In this document: piece by piece, positions 36,000 to 48,399 of the stretch
How positions within the stretch are numbered: position 1 is the stretch's first letter
Layout: each line of letters starts with the position of its first letter
Assembly (NCBI RefSeq): GCF_963921235.1
Contig: NC_086097.1
Span: forward strand, 107,510,001 to 107,574,000
Direction: 5' to 3'
Length of the DNA: 64,000 bases
From: Mobula hypostoma
Lineage: Eukaryota
Position numbers and translations under genes: made by a program
The notes under the pieces: generated by a model
Database searches by the model: none
The model's input: the letters and a program-made list of their open reading frames with translations, nothing else
What the model was told of the DNA's origin: nothing

Positions 36000-36399
36000 T
36001 GTACTGTATGGCCTACAGCAGTGGTCCCCAACCTCCAGGCCACGGACAGATACTGATCCGCGAAGCATGCAGTCTGATCTGGGCCAACATTTACGTGCCG
36101 CGCGACACCTAATTAATTAGCTTGTTTATTTCGGCTTTGTTCTTAAAGATGTGCGAGGTGCATTCCAGCTACCGCTGCACTCCTGCCTGCTTTGTGGATC
36201 GGTATCGGTCCGTGGCCCAGAGGTTGGGGACCACTGGCCTGCAGTATAATAAGGGTTGTTGCATGTGCTATTAGGCACGTATTGTTCTGTATGTGTGTGC
36301 CGAGTTCAGTTTCTGCCAGTAAAGAACCATGAACCTTAGCTCCTGTCTCCAGCATTTTTATTAATAGCATTATTGTGTGACCAGGCCACATACACAACA
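36000..36399 (+). repeat. 3' LTR (with MITE insertion), preceded by PPT AAAAGGGGAGGAG
   Basis: TGTACTGTATGGCCTACAG...CAGGCCACATACACAACA. Confidence 0.88.
36019..36236. mobile_element. hAT MITE inserted in the 3' LTR
   Basis: CAGTGGTCCCCAACC...GGTTGGGGACCACTG flanked by 8-bp TSD GCCTACAG/GCCTGCAG; absent from the 5' LTR. Confidence 0.9.
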
Positions 36400-37145
36400 G
36401 ATAGAATTCACCTTGCAGTTTGAGAGGGGAAGCAAGCCATGATCATAATAAATGGCGGTGCAGGCTCGAAGGGCTGAATGGCCTACTCCTGCACCTATTT
36501 TCTATGTTTCTATGTTTCTATCAGTATTACAATGGAGTAAAGGGAATTACAGAAGTGGAAGCTGGTCGAAGTTGATTGGAAGGGGACACTAGCAGCGATG
36601 ATGGCAGAATAACAATGGCAGGAATTTCTGGGAGAAATTTGGAAAGTGTAAGATAGATAAATCACAAAGATAAAGTAGTATTCTAAAGGGAGGCTGACGC
36701 AACCTTGGCTGACAAAGGTAGTCAAAGCATAAAAAGAAAAGAGAGGGCATTTAATACAGCTAAAATTAATGGAAAGTTAATTAATGGAGGACTAGGAAGC
36801 TTTTCAGAACTAACAGAAGGCAACTAAAAATGCAATAAGGATAGAATGGATGAAATATGAAGGTAAGCTTGTCAATAATATAAAAGATGATACCAACAGA
36901 TTTTTCAGATACACGAAGAGTAAATGAGTGTTGTGAGTAGCCATTGGACCACTGGAAAATGACGCTGGGGAGTTGATAATGAGGGGCAAAGAAATAGCGG
37001 CTGAATATCTTGTATTCGTCTTCACTGTGGAAAACACTAGCTTGAAATTCAAGAGGGTTGGGGGACAGTAGTGAGCATAGCTGCTATTACTAAGGCAAAA
37101 GTGCCTGGGAAGTTGGAATGTCTGAAGGTCGATAAGTCATCTAGA
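36400..37145 (+). mobile_element. Continuation of the degenerate CR1 ORF2
   Basis: ATAGAATTCACC resumes the EN end (NMIEF) interrupted at 32793; later GTTGATTGGAAGGGG...CAACCTTGGCTGACA. Confidence 0.75.
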
Positions 37146-37199
37146 GGTAGTGCGTAAAAAGAGCTACCTTTTAATCAGGAAGGCGACTGAGATTTCAAA

Positions 37200-38390
37200 G
37201 GCAGAGTTTTGTGGCACTTTCTCTGGGTTGAGGAGAAAGCTAGAGGGATTCATTATAAAGGGCAAATAAAAATAATTCAAGTGCAAGCAGAGCGGCCATT
37301 CTTGTGAATGTACCTGTGTTTAGAGTGGCTTTGGTTCATCAGGCTTAGGTGAGATCAGGCTTGGGTGAGGTCGATTGTTTCTCACTGTCCTTATTTGTTC
37401 ATTCCTCATCTGTTAGGGCATAGTAGATTAGTGAGAATGGCTTCAGGGGCAGTGTTTTGTCCTTTGTCTGGGAGACCTCTGATAAAACAGGAGCTACAGG
37501 GAGGTAGTCACCCCTAGATTGCAGGAGGCAGGTAACTGGGTGACTGTTAGGAGAAGGAGGGCAAATGCACAGTCAATACAGAGTACTTTTTTCCCCTCAA
37601 TAATACAACCTTAGGTACAATTGAGGGGGCAACATACCAGGGGGAGCAGTGCCACAGTAACTGGGTCTCTGGCACCGAGTTTGATGCTGTGGCTGAGGAG
37701 AGCAGAGAGGTGAAGAGGATTGCAGTGTTGGTAGGAGATTCCTTAGGCAGAGGAACAGACACGAGGTTCTGAGGGCATAATAGAGATAGCTGGATGGTAA
37801 ATTGTCTCCCTGGTGCCAGGATCAGGGACATCTTGACATTCTCAAGGGTGAGGGTGGCACCAATGACATAGGTAGACAAGGTGAGGAGGCCTGAAGAGCG
37901 ATTTTAGGGAGCTAAGTAGAAAGCTGAGAACCAGTACCTCCAGAGTAGTAATTTCTGGATTGCTGCCTTGCCACATGCCATTGAGGGAAAGAATAGAATG
38001 ATTTGGCAGGTGAATATGTGGCTGAGGAACTGGGGCAGAGGGCAGGAGTCCATATTTATGGATCATTGGGATCGCTTCTGGGGAAGGTATGGACATGTAC
38101 AAAAGGGATGGGTTACATCTGAACCTGAAGGGGTGCAATATCCTTGCAGGCAGGTTAGCTGGAGGTGTTTGGGCAGATTTAAGTGAATTTGGAAGGGAGA
38201 TGGGAACTGGAGTGATAGTGCTGAAGATGAGGTGGGTTTACAAGCTGAGGCAATCTGTAGTCAGACTCCCAGCAACGAGAGGCTGGTGACAGGGCAAAGT
38301 TGCAGTCAACAGGATGAGTTGCAATGTAAAAGGCGGACAAAATCGAATAGGATAAATAGAGGACTGAAGGTGTTATACTTGAATGTTTGC
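37200..38390 (+). mobile_element. Degenerate CR1 5' region / ORF1 esterase remnant
   Basis: VGDS-like block, NMWLRNW...FMDHWDRFWG, YKRDGLHLN. Confidence 0.75.
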
Positions 38391-38697
38391 AGGAGACTCC
38401 CGGAACTTCTGGGAGAGGTGAGATGTCTGTAATACAGTAGATCCTTAGCAGTTTGCCAGCTAGTTTAAATAGCGTTAGCTGTGCTAATGAATGAATGACA
38501 CCTGTTAATCTCACCTCAACATGTCTTTTACAGTTTTAACCCACAATGGGCAATAGAAAAGTCACTGTTGCAAACAGTGCAGCGAGCAACACTGTCATTA
38601 ATTTTGACCCCTATTAGGCAGGGGTACACTTCAGGGTAGTCTGGGGTGACGTACGTTTTATATTTTCTTTTTCTGGAACACTCTGCCATGGCCCACA

Positions 38698-38990
38698 CGC
38701 TCTCTCTCTCTCTCTCTCGCGCTCTCTCTCTCTCTCTCTCATGGTTGCTCTCGCATTCACTCTCTCTAGCGCGCTCTCTTGCTCTCTCTCACGCTCTCTC
38801 TTGCTCACTCTCTCGTGGTTACTCTCGCGCTTGCTCTTTCTCACACTCTTGCTGTCTCTCTCTCTCTCTCTCTCTCGTCACTCTCGTGCTCGCTCTCTCT
38901 CTCTCATGGTTGCTCTCTTGCTCTCTCTCACGCTCTCTCACTCTCGCTCTCTCATGCTCTCACTTGCTCTCTCTCTCTCTCTCTTGCTCT
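38698..38990 (+). repeat. (CT)n-rich imperfect microsatellite
   Basis: Direct observation. Confidence 0.9.
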
Positions 38991-39097
38991 CAAAAAAATT
39001 GATTTCCGGGACATTGTATATAATTCGCGGGCATCAGAGAGCCACTATTAATATACGGGAGACTCCTGGAACTTCCAGAAGAGGTGGGATGTCTGTT

Positions 39098-40840
39098 ATA
39101 GGAAAGTTACTAACATGGTTAGAACAATGGTTGATTGGTAGGAGGCAGCGAGTGGGAATAAAAAGATCCTTTTCTGGTTGGCTGCCAGTGACTAGTGGTG
39201 TTCCACAGGGGTCGGTGTTTGGACCACTTCTTTTTATGCTGCATATCAATGATTTACATGATGAAATAGATGGCTTTGTTGTCAAGTTTTTTCTAGATTA
39301 GATTATGACAACACATAGTCCTCTTTTATTGTCATTTAGTAATGCTTGCATTAAGAAATGATACAATATTCCTCCGGTGTGATATCACAGAAACACAGGA
39401 CAGACCAAGACTGAAAAATTAACAAAAACCACAGAATTATAACATATAGTTACAACAGCGCAACAATACCATAACTTGATGAAGAACAGACCATGGCACA
39501 GTAAAAAAGTTCAAAGTCTCTCGAAAATCCCACATCTCACACAGACGGGAGAAGGAAGAAAACTCTCTCTGCCGTGCCTGACCACAGTCCGACTCTGAGT
39601 CGTCCGAAAACTTCGAGCTCTGATCAGTCCTCCGACACCGAGTACTGAGCGCCATCTCTGCCGAACGCTTTGACCTCAGCCTCGGTCGCCAGCAGCAGGC
39701 AAAGCCGGGGATTTTGGGGCCTTCCCTCCGGAGATTCTTGATCGCACAGTAGCAGCGGCAGCAAACCGGGCATTTCAGAAATTTCTCCAGATGTTCCTCT
39801 GTGCCTCCTCACGTCTGTCTCCATAAAATCAGAATTGTGCACGGTACCCTATTTAACAACTACGATATAATTTCACCGGAGAGCTGCGCGTGCTGCGGCG
39901 CGTCGCCATCTTGTCCTCCCGCCCACCAGTTTGCAGATGATACAAAGATTCGTGAAGGGTCAGGTAGTGATGAGGAAACAGGTAGGCTGCAGAAGGACTA
40001 AGAGAGATTAGGAGAATGAGCAAGAAAGTGGTAAATCAAACACAATGTTGTAAAATGCATGGTCATGCACTTTGTTAGTAGAAATAAATATGCAGACTAT
40101 TTTCTTAATGAGGAGAAAATCCAAAAATCTGAGGTGCTAAGGGACTTGGAGTCCTTGTGCAATCACTTGCAGGTTGAGTCAGTGATGAGGAAGGCAAATG
40201 CAATGTTAGCATTCATTTCAAGAGGTCTTCAAAAGCAGGGATGTGATGCAGAGGCTTTATAAGGCACTGGTGAGGCTGCACCTTGAGTATTGTGCACAGT
40301 TTTAGACTCCTCATCTAAGAAAAAATGTGCTGGCATTGGAGAGCATCCAGAGGCAGTTTATAAGGATAATTTTTCGGAATGAAGGGAATGAAAGGGTTGT
40401 CATGTGAGAAACATTTGATGGCTCTGGGTCTGTACTTGCTGGAGTTAAGAAGGATGGGGGGCATCTCATTGAAACCTTTCGAATGTTAGAAGACCTGGAT
40501 AGAGTAGATGTGAAAAGGATGTTCCCCATGGTGGGATGGTCTAGGACAAGAGGGAACAGCCTCAGGATAGAGGGGCATCCATTTAAAACAGAGATGCGAA
40601 GAAATTTCTTTTGCAAGAGGGTGGTGAATTTGTGGAATTTGTTGCCACGTGCAGCTGTGGAGGCCAAGACATTGGGTGTATCTAAGGCAGAGTTTGATAG
40701 GTTTCTTGTTTGAAAATGGCATCAAAGGTTGCAGGGAGAAGCCAGGGGAATGGGGTTGAGGAGAGGAACAAGAATCAGCCATGATGGAGCAAACTCAATG
40801 GGCCAAATGGCCTAATTCTGCTCCTATGTCTTATGGTCTA
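39098..40840 (+). mobile_element. CR1 RT-3' portion, interrupted at the FADD motif by a SINE-like insert
   Basis: GVPQGSVFGPLLF...FVVKF | ADDTK resumes at ~39928; 3' UTR ending CTTATGGTCT. Confidence 0.88.
39294..39925 (-). mobile_element. SINE-like non-autonomous element (family of 7258-7901)
   Basis: Minus strand begins GGAGGACAAGATGGCG and ends (TAATC)n; AGTTT on both flanks. Confidence 0.7.
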
Positions 40841-41074
40841 ACCTCATTCTCCGGGGTCCCCACACTTACCATATTTTTTTCTGTTCTGAAAGGATATAAC
40901 TGAGGGCCATAAAATAGATCCATGATGGAACAACACGAAGTACTGTAGTTACTGGAAATCTGAACTACAAAGAATGTTGGAAATACTCAGCAGCTTGGAC
41001 AACATCTGTGGAGAAAGGAAAATGGGGCTAATGTTTTAGTTTAATATACTTTTATCAGAACTAGCCAGCTCTAG

Positions 41075-42865
41075 TTTTACTTAATACTTTATTGTCACCA
41101 AACAATTGATACTAGAACGTACAATCATCACAGCGATATTTGATTCTGCGCTTCCCACTCCCTGGATTACAAATATTAAATATTAAAAATGGTAAATATT
41201 AGTAAATATTAAAAATTTAAATTATAAATCATAAATAGAAAATAGAAAAATGGAAAGTAAGGTAGTGCAAAAAAACTGAGAGGCAGGTCCGGAAATTTGG
41301 AGGGTACGGCCCAGATCCGGGTCAGGATCCATTCAACAGTCTTATCACAGCTGGAAAGAAGCTGTTCCCAAATCTGGCCGTACGAGTCTTCAAGCTCCTG
41401 AGCCTTCTCCTGGAGGGAAGAGGGACGAAAAGTGTGTTGGCTGGGTGGGTTATGTCCTTGATTATCCTGGCAGCACTGCTCTGACAGCGTGCGGTGTAAA
41501 GTGAGTCCAAGGACGGAAGATTGGTTTGTGTGATGTGCTGTGCCATGTTCACAATCTTCTGCAGCTTCTTTCGGTCTTGGATAGGACAACTTCCATACCA
41601 GGTTGTGATGCACCCTAGAAGAATGCTTTCTACGGTGCATCTATAAAAATTAGTGAGGGTTTTAGGGGACAGGCCAAATTTCTTTAGCTTTCTCAGGAAG
41701 TAAAAGCGCTGGTGGGCCTTCTCGGCAGTGAACTCTGCTTGGTTGGACCAAGTCAGGTCATTTGTGATATTGACCCTGAGGAACTTAAAGCTTTTGACCT
41801 GTTCCACTTGCGCACCACCAATGTAAGTTAGGTCGTGCGGTTCACTACTCCTTCTGAAGTCAACAACCAATTCCTTCGTCTTGCTGACGTTGAGGTAGAT
41901 CAGTAGAGCTACTAGGACTTGATGTTTCAATCCCTATGGTAAGTTGGCACTCTCGATGTTGGCAGTGGGTTTGGAGTTGTGACAAGGAGGGAGGGTAAGT
42001 ATGTCATTGGGGTCATCAGGTGGGCACCCTCCTTCTTTGACGTTTCATTGATAAGCCCACGACGTCTCCAGAGGGCTCAACGGTGCTACCTGGCATCCCA
42101 GATACACCCCTCTCAGTTCCATACCCTCCTGCCTTCATCTTGCAGCCCAGTTGTTGTCTTTCCTTTTAATCCAAATCCAATGGCTGCTTTCTTCTGCTGC
42201 ATTTGACAAGGACTTGATGGCTTGTTGGAGGGAGTGACCCCTCACCTCCATCTTCTTCAATAGACTGGTCGTAGATGTAGCAACGAATCCCCTGCATCCC
42301 ACTTCTACAGGGAAAATCTTGGTCTTCCAGACATTCTGGGCAGCTTCAGTTGCCAGTTCAGAGTACTTGGTCTTTTTCCTCTCATAAGCTTCTTCAACAC
42401 CATCACCCATGGTACTGTCAATTCCACATAGGTTATTGTCTTTGCACCATGCCACCAGGTTCTTAATGTCCTCTCTGTATTCAGACTCATCATTACCTGA
42501 GATACGGCCTACAATTGTTGTGTCATCAGCAACAATTTGATGAAACTTGCCTACACAGTCATGGATGTACAGTGAGTACAGCAGGGGGCTGAGTACACAG
42601 CCTTGTGGGGCACCGGTGCTCAGAGTGATTGTAGCGGAGAGCTTGTCCCCTATTTTTACAGCCTGGGTCCTGTCTGTGAGGAAATTGAAGATCCAGCTGC
42701 AGATCTGACTGCTAAGGCCCAGGTTCCGGAGCTTAGGAATCAGTTTATTTGGAATGATGGTATTAAAGGCAGAGTTGTAGTCAATGAAAAGGAGCCTTAC
42801 GTATGTGTCTTTATTCTCCAGGTGTTCTAAGGAGGAATGTAGGACCAGAGAGATGGCATCTGCTT
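41075..42865 (-). mobile_element. Rex1/Babar-like non-LTR retrotransposon 3' portion
   Basis: [72 protein letters not shown]. Confidence 0.88.
41900..42430 (-). mobile_element. HERO-like (restriction-like endonuclease) non-LTR 3' fragment nested in Rex1
   Basis: VELTVPW...[14 protein letters not shown]...PVEVGCRGF...[13 protein letters not shown]; splits Rex1 between CKDNN and LNVSK. Confidence 0.75.
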
Positions 42866-43239
42866 TAATGAAAGATCTATTAGAAAATACAAAGATGTTA
42901 AAGTTTACATTAAGCTTCACTTTACCACTGTAAAAGGCTGATAGGCAAGATCAGAGAGGAAGTGGGTTGAAGATCAGGGTTGCCCTTGCTGACTGAACAG
43001 TGGTATTCCACAAAATTATCACTCACTCTGCATTGACTTCCTCCGATGTAATAGCATCGACAACATTACAACGGCAAATGCAGTATGTTAAATCATAAGA
43101 AGTGAACGTGAATCCTTGCTTCAACTAAAGAATATTAAGGGCTGCTGTTAATGGGAAGGGAAAAAGCTTCAACAACTTCAGAGCATTTAGTAGTTCCCTT
43201 CTCACAACAATCAATGTGCACTTTTTGGACAGGTTGACA

Positions 43240-43760
43240 GTTTGGTCCGGTGGCCAAACATTTTAATTCCAATTCCCATTCCAACATAGTGGTCCCTGGC
43301 CTCTTGTGCCAAGATGAGGTTACCATCAGTATGAAGGACCAACACCTTATATTCCATCTGGGTAACCTCCAATGGCATAAATATCAATTTCTTCATCGGG
43401 TAATAAAATCACCATTCCCCACTTTGGCCTCTTACCTGCCTATCACCTCCCCCTGAGTCCACTCCTCCTTCCCTTTCTCTTATCGTCCTCTCTCCTCTTC
43501 TATTAGATTCCTTTGTCTCCAGTTTTACCTTTACCACCCATTTGGCTTCACCTATCACCTTCCAGCTAGCCTCCTTCCTCTCACCACACCTTTCTTATTC
43601 TGGATCCTCCCTCTTCCTTCTAAGTCCTGAAAAAAGGGTCTTGGCACAAAATGGCAACTGCTTATTCATTTCTGTAGATGCTGCCTGACTTGCTGAGTTT
43701 CTCAGCAGTTTGTGCTGTTGCTTTGGATTTCCAGCATCTGTAGCCTTTCTTGTGTTTAAG
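43240..43760 (+). mobile_element. Degenerate Penelope-like 3' end/pLTR
   Basis: VAKHFNSNSHS...KDQHLIFHLGNLQ; decayed hammerhead-like motif at ~43623-43660. Confidence 0.7.
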
Positions 43761-44359
43761 ATATCATTCAGTTTTTTTCATAGTCTTGGCTTTAGAATCT
43801 TGAAAGACAGTATACATCAACTGGTTCTTAAAACATCTTAAACCCATCCAGAATAAGACAGAAAACTTCATGCTCACAGTGTTAGAATGTGAAGCTCTTC
43901 GGAAATATGGCTTCATGTCTTTATATGGATATTTTTCTGATTCAGTTCATTCTTTTAAAGTTTGCTCATCTTCTTTCTGACTTAGTTATCTCTGTTGCCA
44001 CAAATGGAAAATCATCTGGTATTTCCAATCTGAACATCATGTTTTCCCTTTCTTTATCTGAGTTCCTCAACATCAACCATGACTAATGCATTTTATTTCA
44101 ATATTCTATGATTGTATAACTATATTAAGGGAAGAGAATGACTCAACCTTTGTATTATTGACACATCCTTTGTCATCCTTGCTTCAGATAATTGCTAATA
44201 ACGGCTTACAACCTGTAAGCAAAATAAAAGGTCACTCAGTATGAACTTTTCCAATCCTGAGATACTTCCTAATGTAATTTACTCAATATAAGCAGTTGCT
44301 TCACTCTTCATTTTCACGCAGGTGAGAAACTGCTAGAAAGTTCAGCAGTCTAATGAACC

Positions 44360-47300
44360 AGGAAGCAATTAAAAGAGAGAGAGAGTACGGTGTGAGTTGA
44401 GACACGAGCTGGGAAGTCACCATGGTAACAGCTCAGAGTGGTTGATCTAACGGACGCTGGAATTTTGGATGGATTATAAAAAGTTGATCCTTCGGTCTGA
44501 TAATGGCAGAGGAGACAGGACAAGGGAGAACTGTGGAAGCTACCCGAGAATCCACTGGTGGAGTTTAAGACCACCACAAGGGTGGAGGCAACGGACTGAT
44601 TAATTTCGACCCGTGATGACCAGTGCAGGTAAGAGCTTGCCTGTGGGGGTCTGCTGGTAGTGAACCCATGCCATGGGTTAATAGACCATTCCCTAGAAGG
44701 GGCTCTTTCCATCTGTGTCTGTGTGGGGGTCACACGAGGTGACTCTGAAGACTTCGGAAGCAAGAACAACTAAAGCTGCCAACTTGAACATCAACTCAAT
44801 TAACTCTCTCTCTCTCCATCAGTTCAACTTGACGTAACACAAAGTGAACTGAACTGCTTAAACTTACCTGACACCGTAAGACTGATATCTACCTCCTGGA
44901 CTATTATTTTTTGTATCCACATACACATTTATGGATATATATATATAATATAGCGTGTATTGTATTATTCGGTTTAACGGTATTGATTTGTAGTAGTAAT
45001 AAATATAGTCTTAATTTATAGTAAACCAGACTCCATTTCTGCTGGTCCTTTTCAACCCGTCACAGGGTTCATGACAAAATTGGGACCTGCGTCCGGGATC
45101 TGAACAAATTTTGTTGGAGCCAATTTTCGAAATTGGGAGATTGTCTTGATTGGGGAAATCCCTTGTAATCAATCTATGTGTGGAAAACAGCAGAAATGGA
45201 GGCTAGGGAATTTATAGAGAACCCTACTCCTCTGTTTTTGAGGAGTGCCAGAAAGGAGGTTCTATGTGAGATTGCTAAGAAATGGAAACTTTCCAGAATT
45301 CAGAAGAGTATGACGAAGGCAGGACTTCAGAGGAAAATAGCTGAATATTGTGTTGGGAAAGAGTTATTTGAGGAGGAGTCGCTACAGGGGTTTCTGAAAG
45401 GTGATGAAGAGACCCTTTTACGATTAGAACAATTAAGAATGGAGAGACTTAAGTTCGAGGCTGCAGAGGCAGAGAAACAAAGGGAGTTTGAGAGCGAGAT
45501 GCGGCGTCGAGGGTCAATTGTCAGGCTGTGGTGGTGAGAGGGGTGTATCAATTAATGTCAGTCAGGAAATTAAGTTGGTACCTCCGTTTGCTGAAGAAGA
45601 CGTTGATAGGTACTTCCTACATTTTGAGAAAGTGGCTGAGAACAGGAAGTGGCTGAGAGAGGACTGGGCAGTATTGTTGCAAAGTGTGTTAAAGGGGAAG
45701 GCGCAGCAAGCATATTCTGCCTTATCTGTGACCGGGTCAACTAATTATGATACAGTGAAGGGAGGCTGTGCTGAAGGTCTATGAAATGGTGCCAGAAGCG
45801 TACCGACAGAAGTTTTGGGGTTTGAGGAAGTTCGCCAATGAAAAGGAGAGGTACTTTGATTGGTGGTGTGCCTCGAAAGAGGTAGACGGGGACTACCACA
45901 AAGTGAGACAGCTGATGCTGATCGAGGAATTTAAAGAGTGTGTCCCTAGTGAGATACAGACATACGTAGAAGAGAAAAAGGTTGAGATTCTTTCCGCAGC
46001 CGCTAGGTTAGTGGATGAGTTTGCCCTGACTCACAAGATTAAGTTTTTCCCAAGCAAGGGTTATCAGAAGAGTTACCGGTATAATCCGCAGAGTAAAACA
46101 GAAAACAAGGCAGGGGCGAGTGACAGAGGTAAAGCGGAGGGGAAACAGACCAAAAATAAGCTTTCCAATTTTACCTGTTACTACTGCAGAAAGCCTGGCC
46201 ATGTGGCATCTAACTGTCTCATTTGGAAGAAAGAAATGGGAAAGGAGAAGGGGAAAACCCCCGACGCGTGTACGCCGGCGGCTGAGACCACACGAAGGAA
46301 GATGGGCTCTGGCCGAGTTCAGGAAGGGATTGACTGGTTTATTATCAAGGATTTTGTGTCTGTGGAGGAGGGGTCACCCCTAGTTCCAATGAGAATCTGG
46401 CGCGATACTGGAGCCTTTCAGTCACTGATATTAAGTGATGTCTTAGAATTTGATGACGAGACAAAAACGGACCAAGTGAATATTCTGGAAGGTATTGGCA
46501 AGGGAACAGAGGTCGTGCCTTTGCACAAAATAATTTTGAAATGTGACTTAGTGTCTGGACCAGTTGAGATAGGTATATGGCCTAAATTAGCTAACGCGGA
46601 TGTCTTGTTGGGAAATGACCTGGCAGGAAAAGATGTATACCCAGGGTTACAGCTAACAAGCTGGCCTGCTGTTAGTGAGACAAGCGCAGACAGTGAACTT
46701 TATCCCACATGCACGGTCACAAGAAGCACGACAAGGGAGGCTGCAGAAGTGAAGCAATCTGGACGGGAGGGGTCAGGTGCCCGCGATAGCAAAGACAGGG
46801 GTACGGATCCTACTGACTTATCTGAAACTTTTCTACCACCTGTGTTCGACCAGGACCCAGGTAGTGAGGCGGATAAGAGGGGTTTGTCATTGTCCAGGTG
46901 GAAGCTTGTGGAAGAGCAGGATAGGGATCCTGAGATTGCAGTTTTAAAAGAGACAGCTCTTTCTGAGGATGAAATTCAGAGGGAGTCAATGGGTTACTAT
47001 CTGAAGGACGGGGTATTAATGAGGAAGTGGAGGCCTACGACAGTACCTGCCACTGGGGATTGGGCTGTAGTGGTTCCGAAGGGTTACCATACAGAAATTT
47101 TAAAGATGGCTGATATAATGCCTTTAGGGGGACATCTTGGAGTTAGAAAGACAGGGCACGAGATTATGAAAGAATTTCATTGGCCGGGTATAAGGAAGGA
47201 TATGGCAGTTTTTTGTAAAACTTGTCACACATGTCAAGTGGTAGGAAACCCAATCAGACTATCCCAAAAGCACCACTTCGCCCCATACCAGCTTTCGGCG

Positions 47301-47940
47301 AACCTTTCTCCATGGTCATTGTGAATTGTGTTGGCCCACTGCCAAAGACTGCAGGTGGCCACCAATACTTGTTAACCATTATGTGCACTACCTCTAGGTT
47401 CCCAGAAGCAATACCCCTCAGGAACCTAAAGGCTAAAACAGTGGTGAAGGCACTTATTAAGTTCTTCACGTTAGTGGGTCTACCCAAGGAGATACAATCG
47501 GACCAGAGCAGTAATTTTACATCGGGTGTATTCCAACAGCTAGTTACGGAACTGGGAGCGAAACAAATTTTGTCCACGGCATACCATCCCCAATCCCAGG
47601 GAGCAATAGAGAGGTTTCACTCTACCCTCAAAACCATGATTAAAACATGCTGTATGGAAAACGAAAAACATTGGGATGAGAGTATACCTTTACTCCTATT
47701 TGCAATAAGAGATTCGATCCAGGAATCGTTGGGGTTCAGTCCGTTTGAGCTTGTGTTCAGTCATAGGCCTCGAGGACCTTTGACCTTACTGACAGATCAA
47801 TGGTCTGACAAGGAAGTGCAAATTGGTGTATTGGATTATGTCTTAGAGTTTCGAGACAGGCTGAGCAGGGCTTGTGGCCTTGCAAAACACAATCTCCAAG
47901 ACTCCCAGGCTGATATGAAGCGCTGGTATGACGCTTCTCA
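44360..47940 (+). mobile_element. Second Gmr1-like Gypsy element, 3'-truncated after integrase
   Basis: LTR-like region ending ...TTCATGACA (45076, start approximate), PBS-like TGGGACCTGCGTCCGGGAT; gag homologous to 4132-6319; WRDTGAFQS protease; no RT or 3' LTR. Confidence 0.88.
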
Positions 47941-47947
47941 GATATGA
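47080..47947 (+). pseudogene. Integrase directly after protease (frameshift near 47250)
   Basis: GGHLGVRKT...CKTCHTCQ; VGPLPKT; IQSDQSSNF; YHPQSQGAIERFHSTLK; first catalytic D appears as N (IVNCVG). Confidence 0.88.
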
Positions 47948-48399
47948 AGGAGAACATCAAGTCCTAAGCCTTTCCCAGATACAGAATAATGATAATGAAA
48001 TGATTGCTTGCTCAAGTACCAGAGACTCTATAGGTGAAAGGTGGTAATGATGTGGGGCAAACAGTGTCTGCTGAATCCATTTAAAGTGTAAACAAGAGAG
48101 AATCTGCAGATGCTGGAAATCGGAGCAACACCCACAAAATGCTAGAGTAACTCAGCAGGCCAGGCAGCATCTACGGAAAAAAGTACATACGACGTTTCGG
48201 GCCGAAACGCCGCCCTTTTAAAGTGCAATAGATCTTACAAAACTTTTCCAATATTGCTTCAGTATGTGGATGGTTTTATGTTTCCCAAACCTCTGAACAA
48301 GACTTTTAGATTAAAGTACACTGTTTGCAAGACCAAAGAGAGGTCTCATCAGAAATGAGTAGGATGAACCATTTTTGAATTTTTCAGTTTTTTTTCCCG

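Larger units (their letters stand above)
32794..36399 (+). mobile_element. Non-autonomous Ty3/Gypsy LTR element carrying a captured SUDS3 cDNA in place of pol
   Basis: Paired LTRs, PBS, PPT, imperfect 5-bp TSD GTTAG/GATAG within CR1 EN; gag-PR present; RT/RH/IN absent. Confidence 0.9.

Noticed and set aside
38614..39051. Ser/Leu-rich and Arg/Glu-rich ORFs
   Set aside because: Translations of the (CT)n microsatellite.
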